From Nitrospirota bacterium (GTDB taxonomy: Bacteria > Nitrospirota > UBA9217): a stretch of DNA of 64,000 nucleotides. The notes beneath the pieces are model-generated. The model was not told where the DNA came from. It saw only the letters and a program-made list of their open reading frames with translations, and searched no databases. Numbering within the stretch: position 1 is the stretch's first letter; every line of letters starts with the position of its first letter. Position numbers and translations under genes: made by a program. Positions 41,222 to 50,777 of this stretch are shown piece by piece. The stretch is taken from assembly GCA_963796285.1 (NCBI GenBank), contig CAWCKW010000012.1, positions 32,001 through 96,000 on the forward strand. Direction: 5' to 3'.

Positions 41222-42520
41222 ATGACACAAATACTCGAAGCGCGAAAAGGCAACATGACCCCCGAGATGGAGGCAGTGGCCAGGGCCGAAGGTGTGAGTG
41301 CCGGACATATCCTGACGGGCATCGCAAATGGCACCATCGTCATCACCAGGAACAACCGGCATACGTCGATCTCCCCGCTCGGAATCGGCAAGGGGCTCAG
41401 GACCAAGGTCAATGCGAATATCGGCACATCCAAAGACCGGATGTCGATCGATGATGAGATCGCGAAGCTCAAGGTCGCCGTGGCGGCCGGCGCGGACGCG
41501 GTCATGGACCTCTCGACCGGCGGCCCGATCATCGAGATCCGCAAGGAGATCCTGAAGCAGTCCACTGTTGCCATCGGCACCGTGCCGATCTACCAGGCCG
41601 CGGTCGAGACCGTGGCCCAGGGGAAATCCATCGTGCAGATGGACCCGGAACTCCTGTTCCGCGTGATCGAGGAGCAGGCCGAAGAGGGCGTGGACTTCGT
41701 GACCGTGCACTGCGGCGTGACCATCTCGAGCGTGGAGCGGCTGAAGCGCCAGGGCAGGATCATGGACGTAGTGAGCCGCGGGGGCGCGTTCCACCTCGAA
41801 TGGATCGTTGTGAATGGAAAGGAGAACCCGCTCTATACGCAGTACGACCGGTTGATCGAGATCTGCAAGAAGTATGACATGACGCTTTCGCTCGGCGACG
41901 GCATGCGGCCGGGTTGTCTTGCCGATGCCACGGACCGGGCGCAGATCGAAGAGCTGATCACCCTCGGTGAGCTGCGCGACCATGCGCACGATGCAGGCGT
42001 CCAGGTGATGATCGAGGGGCCGGGCCATGTGCCGATCAACCAGGTCGAGACCAACATCAAGATCCAGAAGGAACTGTGCAAGGGCGCCCCGTTCTATGTG
42101 CTCGGGCCGCTCGTGACGGACGTGGCGCCGGGATACGACCACATCACATCGGCCATCGGAGGCGCGATCGCCGGCGCGGCCGGCGCGGACTTCCTCTGTT
42201 ATGTTACCCCGTCCGAACATCTGCGTCTGCCGGACCTCGAGGATGTCCGCGAGGGGGTCATCACATCGCGCATCGCGGCGCACGCGGCCGACATTGCCAA
42301 AGGCGTCAAGGGGGCGATGGACTGGGACAACGAGATGGCGCGACGGCGCAAGGCACTCGACTGGAAAGGCCAGATCGAGCTTTCGATCAACCCGGAACGG
42401 GCCCGCAAGCTGCGCGAGTCAAGCCTGCCGAAAGAATCCGACGTCTGCACCATGTGCGGTGAGTTTTGCTCCATGAAGGGCGTGAGCAAATATCTCAAAA
42501 AAGATGAGGCGAGGCGGTAG
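41222..42520 (+). CDS. thiC: Phosphomethylpyrimidine synthase
   Basis: KVNANIGTS, MDLSTGG, GTVPIYQ, SRGG, EGPGH, CTMCGEFC; lies in the TPP-regulated operon. Confidence 0.95.
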   Translation: MTQILEARKGNMTPEMEAVARAEGVSAGHILTGIANGTIVITRNNRHTSISPLGIGKGLRTKVNANIGTSKDRMSIDDEIAKLKVAVAAGADAVMDLSTGGPIIEIRKEILKQSTVAIGTVPIYQAAVETVAQGKSIVQMDPELLFRVIEEQAEEGVDFVTVHCGVTISSVERLKRQGRIMDVVSRGGAFHLEWIVVNGKENPLYTQYDRLIEICKKYDMTLSLGDGMRPGCLADATDRAQIEELITLGELRDHAHDAGVQVMIEGPGHVPINQVETNIKIQKELCKGAPFYVLGPLVTDVAPGYDHITSAIGGAIAGAAGADFLCYVTPSEHLRLPDLEDVREGVITSRIAAHAADIAKGVKGAMDWDNEMARRRKALDWKGQIELSINPERARKLRESSLPKESDVCTMCGEFCSMKGVSKYLKKDEARR

Positions 42521-42522
42521 TC

Positions 42523-43374
42523 ATGAAAAAAGTATTTTTCTTGTTCTGTATTGCTCTGACGCTTGCGCTTCCCGTGTCTTCCCATGCAAGTGAATCCGTC
42601 CCCACGCCGAATGTGGCGCTCTCCCCGAAAAAAATAGGACCCGGCGACCTCCTGCTCATTACGGTGAAAAATACCAATGCCCCTGTTGAAGGGACGTTCG
42701 ACAGCAAAAAAATCTACTTCAATTCGTCGCAGAATGGCTACAAAGCGGTTGTTGGCATCGATCTGCTCAGTGAACCGGGAAAATATAAACTCGAGATCAC
42801 CACTAACGGGACGACCATGCATCGCATCGTAACGGTATCAAAAAAGAAATACCCTGTCCAGCAGCTCACTCTTCCCAAGGGCATGGTAGAACTATCTCCG
42901 GAGAACGAGGCTCGCGCCGAACGGGAACAGAACAAGGTGGCCTCGATCTGGCCGAACCAGTCGGACCGGATCTGGTCGGGCAATTTTACGAACCCCCGCG
43001 AAGGAGAGATCGTTACAAAGTTCGGCGTCAAGCGGTTCTTGAACCATATCCCCAAGAGCCCCCACACCGGTGTTGATGTCGCTGCCAAGGAAGGCGACGA
43101 CGTGATCGCTCCGAACAGCGGTATCGTGGTCCTGGTCGATGACCTTTTCTTTACCGGGAACTCGATCGTTCTTGATCACGGCCAGGGAATTTTCACGATG
43201 TTTTTCCATCTCTCGAAAGTTCTCGTCCAACCAGGCCAGCAGGTCAAGAAGGGCGATGTGATCGGCCTCGTCGGCTCGACCGGCCGCTCAACGGGCGCCC
43301 ATTTGCACTGGGGTGCGCGCGTCCAGGGCGCAAGGGTGGATCCGTTGGAATTGATACATCTGAAACTGCAATAG
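42523..43374 (+). CDS. M23-family metallopeptidase
   Basis: HTGVD, DHGQG, GSTGRSTGAHLHW; signal peptide. Confidence 0.9.
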   Translation: MKKVFFLFCIALTLALPVSSHASESVPTPNVALSPKKIGPGDLLLITVKNTNAPVEGTFDSKKIYFNSSQNGYKAVVGIDLLSEPGKYKLEITTNGTTMHRIVTVSKKKYPVQQLTLPKGMVELSPENEARAEREQNKVASIWPNQSDRIWSGNFTNPREGEIVTKFGVKRFLNHIPKSPHTGVDVAAKEGDDVIAPNSGIVVLVDDLFFTGNSIVLDHGQGIFTMFFHLSKVLVQPGQQVKKGDVIGLVGSTGRSTGAHLHWGARVQGARVDPLELIHLKLQ

Positions 43375-43456
43375 CAAAGAACAGGGAGTAGGGGGCTGCG
43401 GGAAAGAAGAGGAACAGTTAATTTTCATGCCGCGATTCGAATTCCGCAATAAGAAT

Positions 43457-44224
43457 ATGATCAAAGTCCTCTCCATAGCAGGCTCCGATCCGTCGTCCGG
43501 CGCCGGGATCCAGGTCGACCTCAAGACCTTTCAGCGGCTGGGCGCTTTCGGCATGGCCCTGCCGGCTGCGCTCACGGTACAGAACAGCCTGGGTGTCTCG
43601 GCAGTCGAACCGATCTCATCAGCGCTGCTTTCAAAGCAGCTTGACGTTCTGCTTTCGGACATCACGCCTGATGCGATCAAGACCGGCATGCTCATGACGA
43701 AGCAGAACATTGGGGCCGTGGTAAAGGCAATGACCAGGCATTCGATCACGAACCTTGTCATCGACCCCGTACTCCGGTCCAGTTCCGGGAAACTCCTGCT
43801 CGAACAAGATGCTGTTGCGGTCCTGAAGAAAAAGCTTTTTCCCCGGGCGCTCATAATTACACCGAACATTCCTGAGGCTGAAGCGCTGACCGACATGGCG
43901 ATAGGTTCTGATTCGGACATGGATTTTGCGGCAGGCAAACTGCTTGATATGGGGCCGGCGTATGTGCTCATCAAAGGCGGACATCGCCTTGGACCGGCTG
44001 TGGACACCCTGTATGGAGGAAAGACCGTGCTCAGCTTCTCCACACCACGGCGAAAAGGGGAGTTTCATGGCACCGGGTGCGTACTTTCCTCGGCAATAAC
44101 CGTGTTCATAGCCCGGGGATTACCTGTGCATAAGGCTGTGGAAAAGGCAAAACAATTTGTGGATATGATGTTGAAACGTGCGAAGCGGGTGGGGAAGGGC
44201 AGGACGAACTATTTCCAATTCTGA
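43457..44224 (+). CDS. thiD: HMP/HMP-P kinase
   Basis: IAGSDPSSGAGIQVD, TPNIPEA, IKGGH, HGTGC. Confidence 0.94.
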   Translation: MIKVLSIAGSDPSSGAGIQVDLKTFQRLGAFGMALPAALTVQNSLGVSAVEPISSALLSKQLDVLLSDITPDAIKTGMLMTKQNIGAVVKAMTRHSITNLVIDPVLRSSSGKLLLEQDAVAVLKKKLFPRALIITPNIPEAEALTDMAIGSDSDMDFAAGKLLDMGPAYVLIKGGHRLGPAVDTLYGGKTVLSFSTPRRKGEFHGTGCVLSSAITVFIARGLPVHKAVEKAKQFVDMMLKRAKRVGKGRTNYFQF

Positions 44225-44334
44225 GACGACGGAGAGAGGGAGGGGGAACACGGCCGTTAAGCCACCGCGTTGCGGTTCGGCTTGACCTCCGTTCTCCCGG
44301 AGCGCGGGTTTAGACCGTCGCTTTCAGCATCTAA

Positions 44335-44850
44335 TTAGCTTTTCTCTCTCGCTCGGCTAATGATTCTTGCACAGATTTCCTCTTGAGTCAGACCAGCGCA
44401 TTTGATAGTGAGGTCTGCGTACTTTGAGTAAAGAGTTAAGCGCTCGTGAAACAAACTGGCTAAGTCCTGCTCCGGCCTTTTTGCAAGACCTCTCGTAAGA
44501 AAGTTATTAATCCTTGCTTCCAGTGCGGGCAACTCCACATCGAGAAAGATGACAAGGCCGTCTGACTTGAGGTGAGCCATTGCACGGTCACTGTAAACGG
44601 CGCTGCCACCCGTGGCAATGACGCAGTTTTGGACGGAAAGCCCAAGCAGAACATCTTCCTCTATCTTCCGGAGGACAGCGTATCCGTTTGTATCTACAAT
44701 ATTCTGCAATGTTCGTCCTTGTGACGTCTGAATGAGCACGTCTGTATCCACGAAGTCACGTGACATCTGCTTCGCCAGGATGACGCCGACGGTGCTCTTA
44801 CCTGCGCCTGGCATTCCTATTAAAATAAGATTTGAACGCGCTGTTGACAT
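44335..44850 (-). CDS. aroK: Shikimate kinase
   Basis: LIGMPGAGKSTVG, DTD, IATGGS, ER..LY. Confidence 0.85.
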   Translation of the reverse strand: MSTARSNLILIGMPGAGKSTVGVILAKQMSRDFVDTDVLIQTSQGRTLQNIVDTNGYAVLRKIEEDVLLGLSVQNCVIATGGSAVYSDRAMAHLKSDGLVIFLDVELPALEARINNFLTRGLAKRPEQDLASLFHERLTLYSKYADLTIKCAGLTQEEICARIISRAREKS

Positions 44851-45013
44851 GATTCTCGAAAACCAACGATGAGCTGGCCCGCTTGACGCGTTGAGCGTTT
44901 GGTCAGCCCGATATCCCTTTGACTGTGATAGTCAACGTCGGCCACTATGTCCACGACGTTTCAAATAACTCACTGATCCGAAATTGACGACAGTGCTTCC
45001 GTCAACGTGGCCT

Positions 45014-45641
45014 TTAAAGTGATGGAGCTTGGCTGTTCTTTTCCATGAGGTCGGCCAGTTTCGACCAGTCGAAGGAGAGGAGGTTCATGATCTGCGATCG
45101 GATTTTTCGTATTGCCGCGGATGCGTCACCCTCCTTTTTCATATTATAAAACGGAAGGACCGCGCCAAACGTACGCTCGATGTAAACTGGGATCGGCGGC
45201 AGAACGTCACCGCGTCTCGTAAAATAGGGATCTTCTCCGGGCGCGCAGGGGACCGTGAACACATTGAACATTCTGCACCCCACCGGCCGGACAGGGTGAA
45301 TGGAGCAGAAATTATCGATAAGAAACGGGCACCCCGATGCGGCCGTATGGGCCGCAAGCCGGCTCCTCAGGACGTCCCTGACGGGCGATGTAATTTTCTC
45401 CGTGGCATACCAGTAGATGCCGACAAGTTCGTGCGGGTACAGGGGAAGGTCCTTTTGATCAACGCAGCAGGTGCCGCATCCTTTTCCGCAGGCGAGAGTT
45501 TTCTTCTGCTTTTTCTCCATATCCCGTGATCGCGATCGCCACTCCGGTATCGGCGATCGAGTACGCGTCAAGAAGCAGGGAAAGCCAGGGAAGGCGTTGC
45601 TCGTCAGATGGGAAAGTGAAGGCGCCGCGAAAGACCGGCAT
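45014..45641 (-). CDS. YkgJ-family Cys-cluster protein (frameshift near 45530)
   Basis: CGKGCGTCC, CPFL...CSIHPVRPVGCR; N-terminal part lies in the adjacent frame. Confidence 0.75.
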
Positions 45642-45936
45642 TCATCTGTCCCCGGTTTTTTTTCATATTGTCATTTTGCTCATTGTTTTTTCCAGGCAAG
45701 TGCGGACCATGATGGTGAATCACATTAACAATCAGCGAAAGGAATGTCAACAGGAAACCTGACAGCGGGCTGGGACAGCGGCAAGAACGAAAAATCGTCG
45801 AACGTGAGCCGCTCCGGGTGACTCGAACGGGAAATGAACGGCCGGTGTCAGCTGCTCACAAAGCGCAGCGGATCGTGCCGGCTGCACGCAGTGTGAGGCG
45901 GTCACGATGTGCCGAAGATGTGTGTGTCGAAGTGGC

Positions 45937-46905
45937 TTACCACAGGTGATGCACTTGCGAGCGAATGTGGCGGTCGTAGATCGCCTGAATCTTCTCCATG
46001 GTGGAGCCGGAAAGCGAGGGCAGGTCGGCGGCACGGATATTGTCTTCGGCCTGCGCGGGGCGCTTGGCCCCTGGGACGGTACAGGTCACGGCATCGGACA
46101 TCAGTATCCAACGCAGGGCCATTTGCGCCATCGTCGCGTTTGATGGAACCAGCGGACGCAATTCCTCCACAGCCTTAAGTCCGATCTCGAAATCCACGCC
46201 TGAGAACGTCTCGCCCCGGTCGAACGCCTGGCCTTTACGATTGAAGTTGCGGTGGTCATCGCGCGAGAACGTGCTGGCAGGCGTCATCTTGCCGGTAAGC
46301 ATGCCGGAGGCGAGGGGTACGCGGGCGATGATCCCCACACCGCTGCGTTTGGCCTCCTCAAAAAAGCTTTCGGCCGGTCGCTGCCGGAAGATGTTGTAGA
46401 TGATCATGACGGATTGGACGTTGGGATATGTGATGGCCTTTTCAGCCTCCACGATGCGCTCCACGCTGACGCCGTAATGACGGATCTTGCCCTGCGTCAC
46501 CAGACCGTCCAGGATGCCGAAGACGTCGGGGTTATAGGCCTCGATGGGCGGGCAGTGCAGCTGCATGAGATCTAAAACCTCGACGCCCAGGTTCCGCAGA
46601 CTATTTTCGACAAAGGCTGTCATATTCTCGCGATTGTAGCCTTGGGCGTCGGGATTGATCTGCATGCCCATTTTGGTTGCGATATAAAACGGCTCACGGC
46701 GTTGCCGCCGCAGACGGCCCAGCAATGGCTCGCTGCCATATACGTCGGCGGTGTCGAAGAAGTTGACGCCCAGATCCAGAGCGCGGTTAAGGGTGGCGAG
46801 CGATTCGCGGTCATCCACCGGTCCCCATAAACTGCCCATTGCCCACGTACCGAGGCCTATGGCTGATACCTTCCAACCTGTGCGTCCGAGGTCACGATAT
46901 TCCAT
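45937..46905 (-). CDS. Aldo/keto reductase
   Basis: MEYRDLGRTG, FFDTADVYGSE, DLMQLH, RVPLASG; AAGGAGG RBS. Confidence 0.92.
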   Translation of the reverse strand: MEYRDLGRTGWKVSAIGLGTWAMGSLWGPVDDRESLATLNRALDLGVNFFDTADVYGSEPLLGRLRRQRREPFYIATKMGMQINPDAQGYNRENMTAFVENSLRNLGVEVLDLMQLHCPPIEAYNPDVFGILDGLVTQGKIRHYGVSVERIVEAEKAITYPNVQSVMIIYNIFRQRPAESFFEEAKRSGVGIIARVPLASGMLTGKMTPASTFSRDDHRNFNRKGQAFDRGETFSGVDFEIGLKAVEELRPLVPSNATMAQMALRWILMSDAVTCTVPGAKRPAQAEDNIRAADLPSLSGSTMEKIQAIYDRHIRSQVHHLW

Positions 46906-47102
46906 TTTTCCCGCCTCCTTTGGCTCCTGGCCGTGTTCACCGAACACCGCATTGGGCCGCGTCATGAGTATGATCTCAGTCTTTCAAAACCTGATTAGTT
47001 ATATGCTAATGACAGTGAGATACCCGCACCCAGTGCCAACAGCATCAGATCTCAAAATGACGTTAGAGCCAGAAAGGATAAATTAGATAGATGTTGTGCG
47101 AT

Positions 47103-47564
47103 CTATTTTTTAATGGAAGACTTCAGCCAGTTCGCATCGGCCTTTTTGATGTTACCGGGAATATCCCTGCTCCATTTTTCATATGCTGTCGCGCTGCAAT
47201 TCAGGTATAGCTTCCCGTCAACGATCTTCCACACTTCAGGATCGGTTTTGGCTATTCGTGCTTCTGTCAGGGCCCAGGCGCAATAACCGTCATATTGCGG
47301 AGCGTATTTCTCCGGACTGGCCGCAAACAGGTCCCTGTTCTCTTTGGTCGAGAAATACCAGGTCATGTCATGCCACTTGAAGGTAAATGACTCGTTGCCT
47401 TTTAGTGCTTTGCCGGCCGTGAAATATGCGACGGTATCGTACCCCTTTATTGCCAAATCATCTGCCGGTGGATTTCCGGCAGCTATGCCGCCGAACCCGG
47501 TCAATAGCAGCAATACAAAGGATAAACTCATGAGAATCCCAGCTGATGCGTTCTGAAGTTTCAT
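47103..47564 (-). CDS. YHS-domain protein (Cys form of the YHS (seleno)protein family)
   Basis: AIKGYDTVAYF, PEKYAPQYDGYCAW, WKIVDGKLYLN, KADANW. Confidence 0.88.
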   Translation of the reverse strand: MKLQNASAGILMSLSFVLLLLTGFGGIAAGNPPADDLAIKGYDTVAYFTAGKALKGNESFTFKWHDMTWYFSTKENRDLFAASPEKYAPQYDGYCAWALTEARIAKTDPEVWKIVDGKLYLNCSATAYEKWSRDIPGNIKKADANWLKSSIKK

Positions 47565-47666
47565 ATCCGATTGCCTCCCTGTTTATGATTAGTTAATATG
47601 TGCAAATCGATCCTTGGTGTCATTTTATATAATACCTCTTTGAGAAAAGTTAAAATATGATGAGAA

Positions 47667-48074
47667 TCAAACCATAGCCTCCTTGGACCCTATCCATTCA
47701 AGGCAATCCTGGTAATTCTTGAAAACATGCAATTCCTTAGAACCACTCGGCAAAAGACTCCGATATATCTGATACATGCGTGCCAGCCCATACGCTATGG
47801 GTTTGTTTACAACAATTGCAAGTTTGGTCTTTACTCCTTGCGGATCATTCATGGAGGCCATATGCGCAAGCTTTTTTATACCTTCAGAGCTCAATAAAAA
47901 ATTACTTGCGGCGCTGAAGTCTACAATTTCGTTGTATGAGGCATAACGGGGCAGGCTTTTTATGTTTTGTTGATATTTAGCGAGGGCATCAGAAAGTTCA
48001 CTGTCAACGGCATCTCCAGACCAGATTGTAGTAATAAGTTTAGCGTCATCATCGATTTTATGCAGTACTGGCAT
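47667..48074 (-). CDS. Hypothetical STAS/SpoIIAA-like small protein
   Basis: AT-rich ORF with AIVV....YGLARMY...VF......EW pattern. Confidence 0.7.
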   Translation of the reverse strand: MPVLHKIDDDAKLITTIWSGDAVDSELSDALAKYQQNIKSLPRYASYNEIVDFSAASNFLLSSEGIKKLAHMASMNDPQGVKTKLAIVVNKPIAYGLARMYQIYRSLLPSGSKELHVFKNYQDCLEWIGSKEAMV

Positions 48075-48175
48075 AGTCCACCATAAGTGCTAACATGCGA
48101 GTTCAGCGGTACGTGCGGCGTTTTATAGCGTACCGCCGGGGATGAATTGTCAGGCGCTGGCGGTGCCCGGCAGCC

Positions 48176-48460
48176 TCAATACGCGACCGTAAAGCGCCGG
48201 CGGATGTGAGTGGGTCGCTCCAGTTCGTCGAGAAGAGCGACTGCGTAGTCCTCGACCGAAATGCGGCTCACGCCGGCTGAGGAAGCTCCAGTCCACGTTG
48301 CTCGTGCTCGCACGGAAGAGCTCCAGGGCCTGGACTTGGGCAGGCCTCCGCTTTCCATTCTGCAGGGAATTGGGGCGTGTCGATTTAAACGCACTCCAAG
48401 CGCGACCAGAAGGCTGCCGCCTCCGCCCCACACCAGGCGCTTCACACCCGCCCAGGGGAG
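48176..48460 (-). pseudogene. Remnant of a NAD(P)H-binding oxidoreductase
   Basis: GVKRLV.GGGGSL ... SRISVEDYAVALLDELERPTHIRRRFTVAY C-terminus; middle scrambled, N-terminus missing. Confidence 0.7.
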
Positions 48461-48626
48461 AGGTAGTGCCATAAATTGAGGATAGCAGTGACGGTGAGAC
48501 TTGTCAATGACAGCACCTAAGCCCATTGGCTAAGGCCTACACCAGATGATCCAAGGTTAATTTGCTTGCGAAAGTGGAAAGCGCGGGTTATTATGACACT
48601 TCGGTTAAGGTCACGGGATATATATC

Positions 48627-49157
48627 ATGCACCGCTTATTCGACAAATCTTCTATTTTATTTATAAAAATAGCCATTCTATCTCTTCTGACCGTCGTTCC
48701 TTTTTCTTATGCGGCCTCAAACCCTATACGGGAATCGGCACCGGACTTTACGTTATCCGACATGCAGGGCATCGCGCACAAGCTCGCTGATTATCGCGGC
48801 AGCGTAGTGGTTTTGAATTTCTGGGCCTCATGGTGTCCGGAATGCGTGATCGAGATGCCTTCTCTCGATAGCCTCTACAACCGGCTGAAAAAGGACGGTC
48901 TGATGGTGATCGGGGTCTCCGTCGACAGGACCCGCGGAGACATCGCTCAGTTGGCCGGCAAAGTGTCGTATCCAATACTGCTTGACGAAAAAGGAGACGT
49001 GTTCGTAAAAAAATACACGATTACCCGGCTGCCGGCCACGATCATCATCGATCGCGATGGGGCCATCGTTAAGAAGATCTTCGGTGGACGGGATTTCAGC
49101 TCCGGGGCCTTTATCGGGGAAATGACCGGTCTCTTGCAGGAGAAAAAGGCGCAATGA
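48627..49157 (+). CDS. TlpA-family exported thiol-disulfide oxidoreductase
   Basis: Signal/TM segment, APDFTL, NFWASWCPEC, LP.T.IID. Confidence 0.9.
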   Translation: MHRLFDKSSILFIKIAILSLLTVVPFSYAASNPIRESAPDFTLSDMQGIAHKLADYRGSVVVLNFWASWCPECVIEMPSLDSLYNRLKKDGLMVIGVSVDRTRGDIAQLAGKVSYPILLDEKGDVFVKKYTITRLPATIIIDRDGAIVKKIFGGRDFSSGAFIGEMTGLLQEKKAQ

Positions 49158-49507
49158 AACGCTTTTACGGGCATATCGGGGCGGCACTCTGCGTGGTCCT
49201 CCTGGCAGGCTGCGGTCCCTCGACATTCTTAATAGACAAGGCGGGCACCTCCGCGTACTTCGGTCGTAACAATCAGTATCTTAACAAGAAGCTGTGCACC
49301 AGTGGCGAATTGAGGCTGATACTCGCGGACGCGGACCTTCCCCGGGAGATAGAAAGCGATTTCTATCGCTATACCTGCTCGGAGGAGAGGTCCTACGATA
49401 AAGTCATTTCCCTCTATCTTGTTCTGACGCCGGTGGAAAAGATGCAATTAAAGCGGGCGTTCGAAAAACACGGGTACGAAGTGAATCGCCTGCACTGCTG
49501 AGGCTGA
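49154..49507 (+). CDS. Lipoprotein, predicted selenoprotein ending His-Cys-Sec-Gly
   Basis: Lipobox LAGC. The 3' end reads CAC TGC TGA GGC TGA, and a SECIS-like hairpin starts 11 nt after the first TGA. If UGA is a stop, the CDS ends at 49501. Confidence 0.7.
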
Positions 49508-49512
49508 CGCAC

Positions 49513-49528
49513 TGCCCCGGTCGGGGCA
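49513..49528 (+). promoter_or_regulatory. Candidate SECIS element
   Basis: TGCCCC-GGTC-GGGGCA, 11 nt after UGA 49499-49501; no U-tract follows. Confidence 0.6.
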
Positions 49529-49670
49529 CAAAAACCTGCATGGATGGAGCGGAAAACGTTGGCTGACAAACGGTGCTGAACCAGTGCCGTGAGCGGCCCG
49601 GGTAGCCGTAGTTCGCATATCATTCGCACGTTGTGGCTGTCTGCATGTGAGGCGCCACGGAGCATTCACC

Positions 49671-50639
49671 ATGGCTAATATCATCCCTTTCCTCATACAG
49701 CACGGATACTCCGTAGTGTTTATCTGGGTCTTTGCAGAAACAATGGGGCTTCCCATACCGAGCGCTCCTCTGCTTATCACGGTCGGGACCATGGCCGGTG
49801 TCGGACAGTTGAACCTGTTCCTCTGCATAGGATCAGGCGTCTGTGCAGCGCTGGTGAGCGACCTGTTTTGGTTCGCTATGGGAAGGCGACGCGGAGGCAA
49901 GGTGCTATCCGTGCTTTGCCGCATATCTCTCGAGCCTGACTCCTGCGTCCGGAGGACGGAAAGTATCTTTACCCGGTACGGCGGCCGCTCCCTTCTGGTA
50001 ACTAAATTTTTCCCCGGATTTGGCGCTGTGTCGACTCCGATGGCGGGCATGATCGGCATGCGTCTGTGGCGTTTTTTACTTTTCGACGGTATGGGCATCA
50101 TCGTCTGGGTCGGCGCCTATACACTTCTCGGGTATATATTCAGTAGAAAACTCGATCGTGCGTTGGATTATGCCGCGGGAATGGGCAAAACGCTCTCGGT
50201 GTTGGTGGCCGGCGGGCTGGCGCTGTATATCCTCCGGAAGTATGCCTTGCGCCGGCGCATTTTGCGCGAGCTCTACACCGCGCGCATCACCCCGGAAGAG
50301 CTGAAGCAGAGGCTGGACGCGGGCGAAGATGTCGTTATCATCGATCTGCGCCACGAACTTGACTTTGAACATGATCCCTATATCATACCCGGCGCTTTGC
50401 GGATCCCCCTGGATGAGGTAGCGCGCCATCCGATCGTTTCGAGCGATCGCGAGATCGTAGCCTATTGTACGTGCCCCAACGAAGCCTCCAGCGCCCAGGT
50501 GGTGCTGCGGCTATCCCAGCAGGGGATTACGCGCATTCGGCCGCTTGCCGGCGGTTTTCACGCCTGGCGCGACCGCGATTATCCCGTAGTACTGGCGGAA
50601 GGCAGAAATCATAAAGATCCAAAGTCCAGAATATTTTAA
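49671..50639 (+). CDS. DedA/VTT membrane protein fused to a rhodanese domain
   Basis: GLPIP, G..SD..WF..GR, KFFPG; C-terminal IIDLR..IPGA..YCTCPNEASSA..LAGGFHAW. Confidence 0.9.
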   Translation: MANIIPFLIQHGYSVVFIWVFAETMGLPIPSAPLLITVGTMAGVGQLNLFLCIGSGVCAALVSDLFWFAMGRRRGGKVLSVLCRISLEPDSCVRRTESIFTRYGGRSLLVTKFFPGFGAVSTPMAGMIGMRLWRFLLFDGMGIIVWVGAYTLLGYIFSRKLDRALDYAAGMGKTLSVLVAGGLALYILRKYALRRRILRELYTARITPEELKQRLDAGEDVVIIDLRHELDFEHDPYIIPGALRIPLDEVARHPIVSSDREIVAYCTCPNEASSAQVVLRLSQQGITRIRPLAGGFHAWRDRDYPVVLAEGRNHKDPKSRIF

Positions 50640-50663
50640 GCGTTACGAATGAAGTATATAAAC

Positions 50664-50698
50664 AAAAAAGTGCCGCCTTAAGCTTGAAGGCGGCACTT
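50664..50698. terminator. Terminator hairpin between convergent genes
   Basis: AAAAAAGTGCCGCCTT...AAGGCGGCACTT. Confidence 0.7.
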
Positions 50699-50777
50699 GT
50701 ATGTTAGGCTCAGAGACGGCGGCCATAGACAATGCGGCGATGCACCACCACCCGCTTCCTGCAGTTTACTGCTTCAC

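Noticed and set aside
41222-42520. ThiC homolog as BzaF/BzaAB (benzimidazole synthesis) because cob genes are close
   Set aside because: It lies inside the TPP-riboswitch thiSGE..D operon, so ThiC is the simpler call
47103-47564. YHS-domain protein as a fourth selenoprotein
   Set aside because: The family includes Sec members, but the codon in PQYDGYC is TGC here and the frame is uninterrupted
49505-49507. Second TGA of the lipoprotein as another Sec codon
   Set aside because: Only 5 nt from the hairpin, too close for SelB-dependent recoding, so it is treated as the true stop
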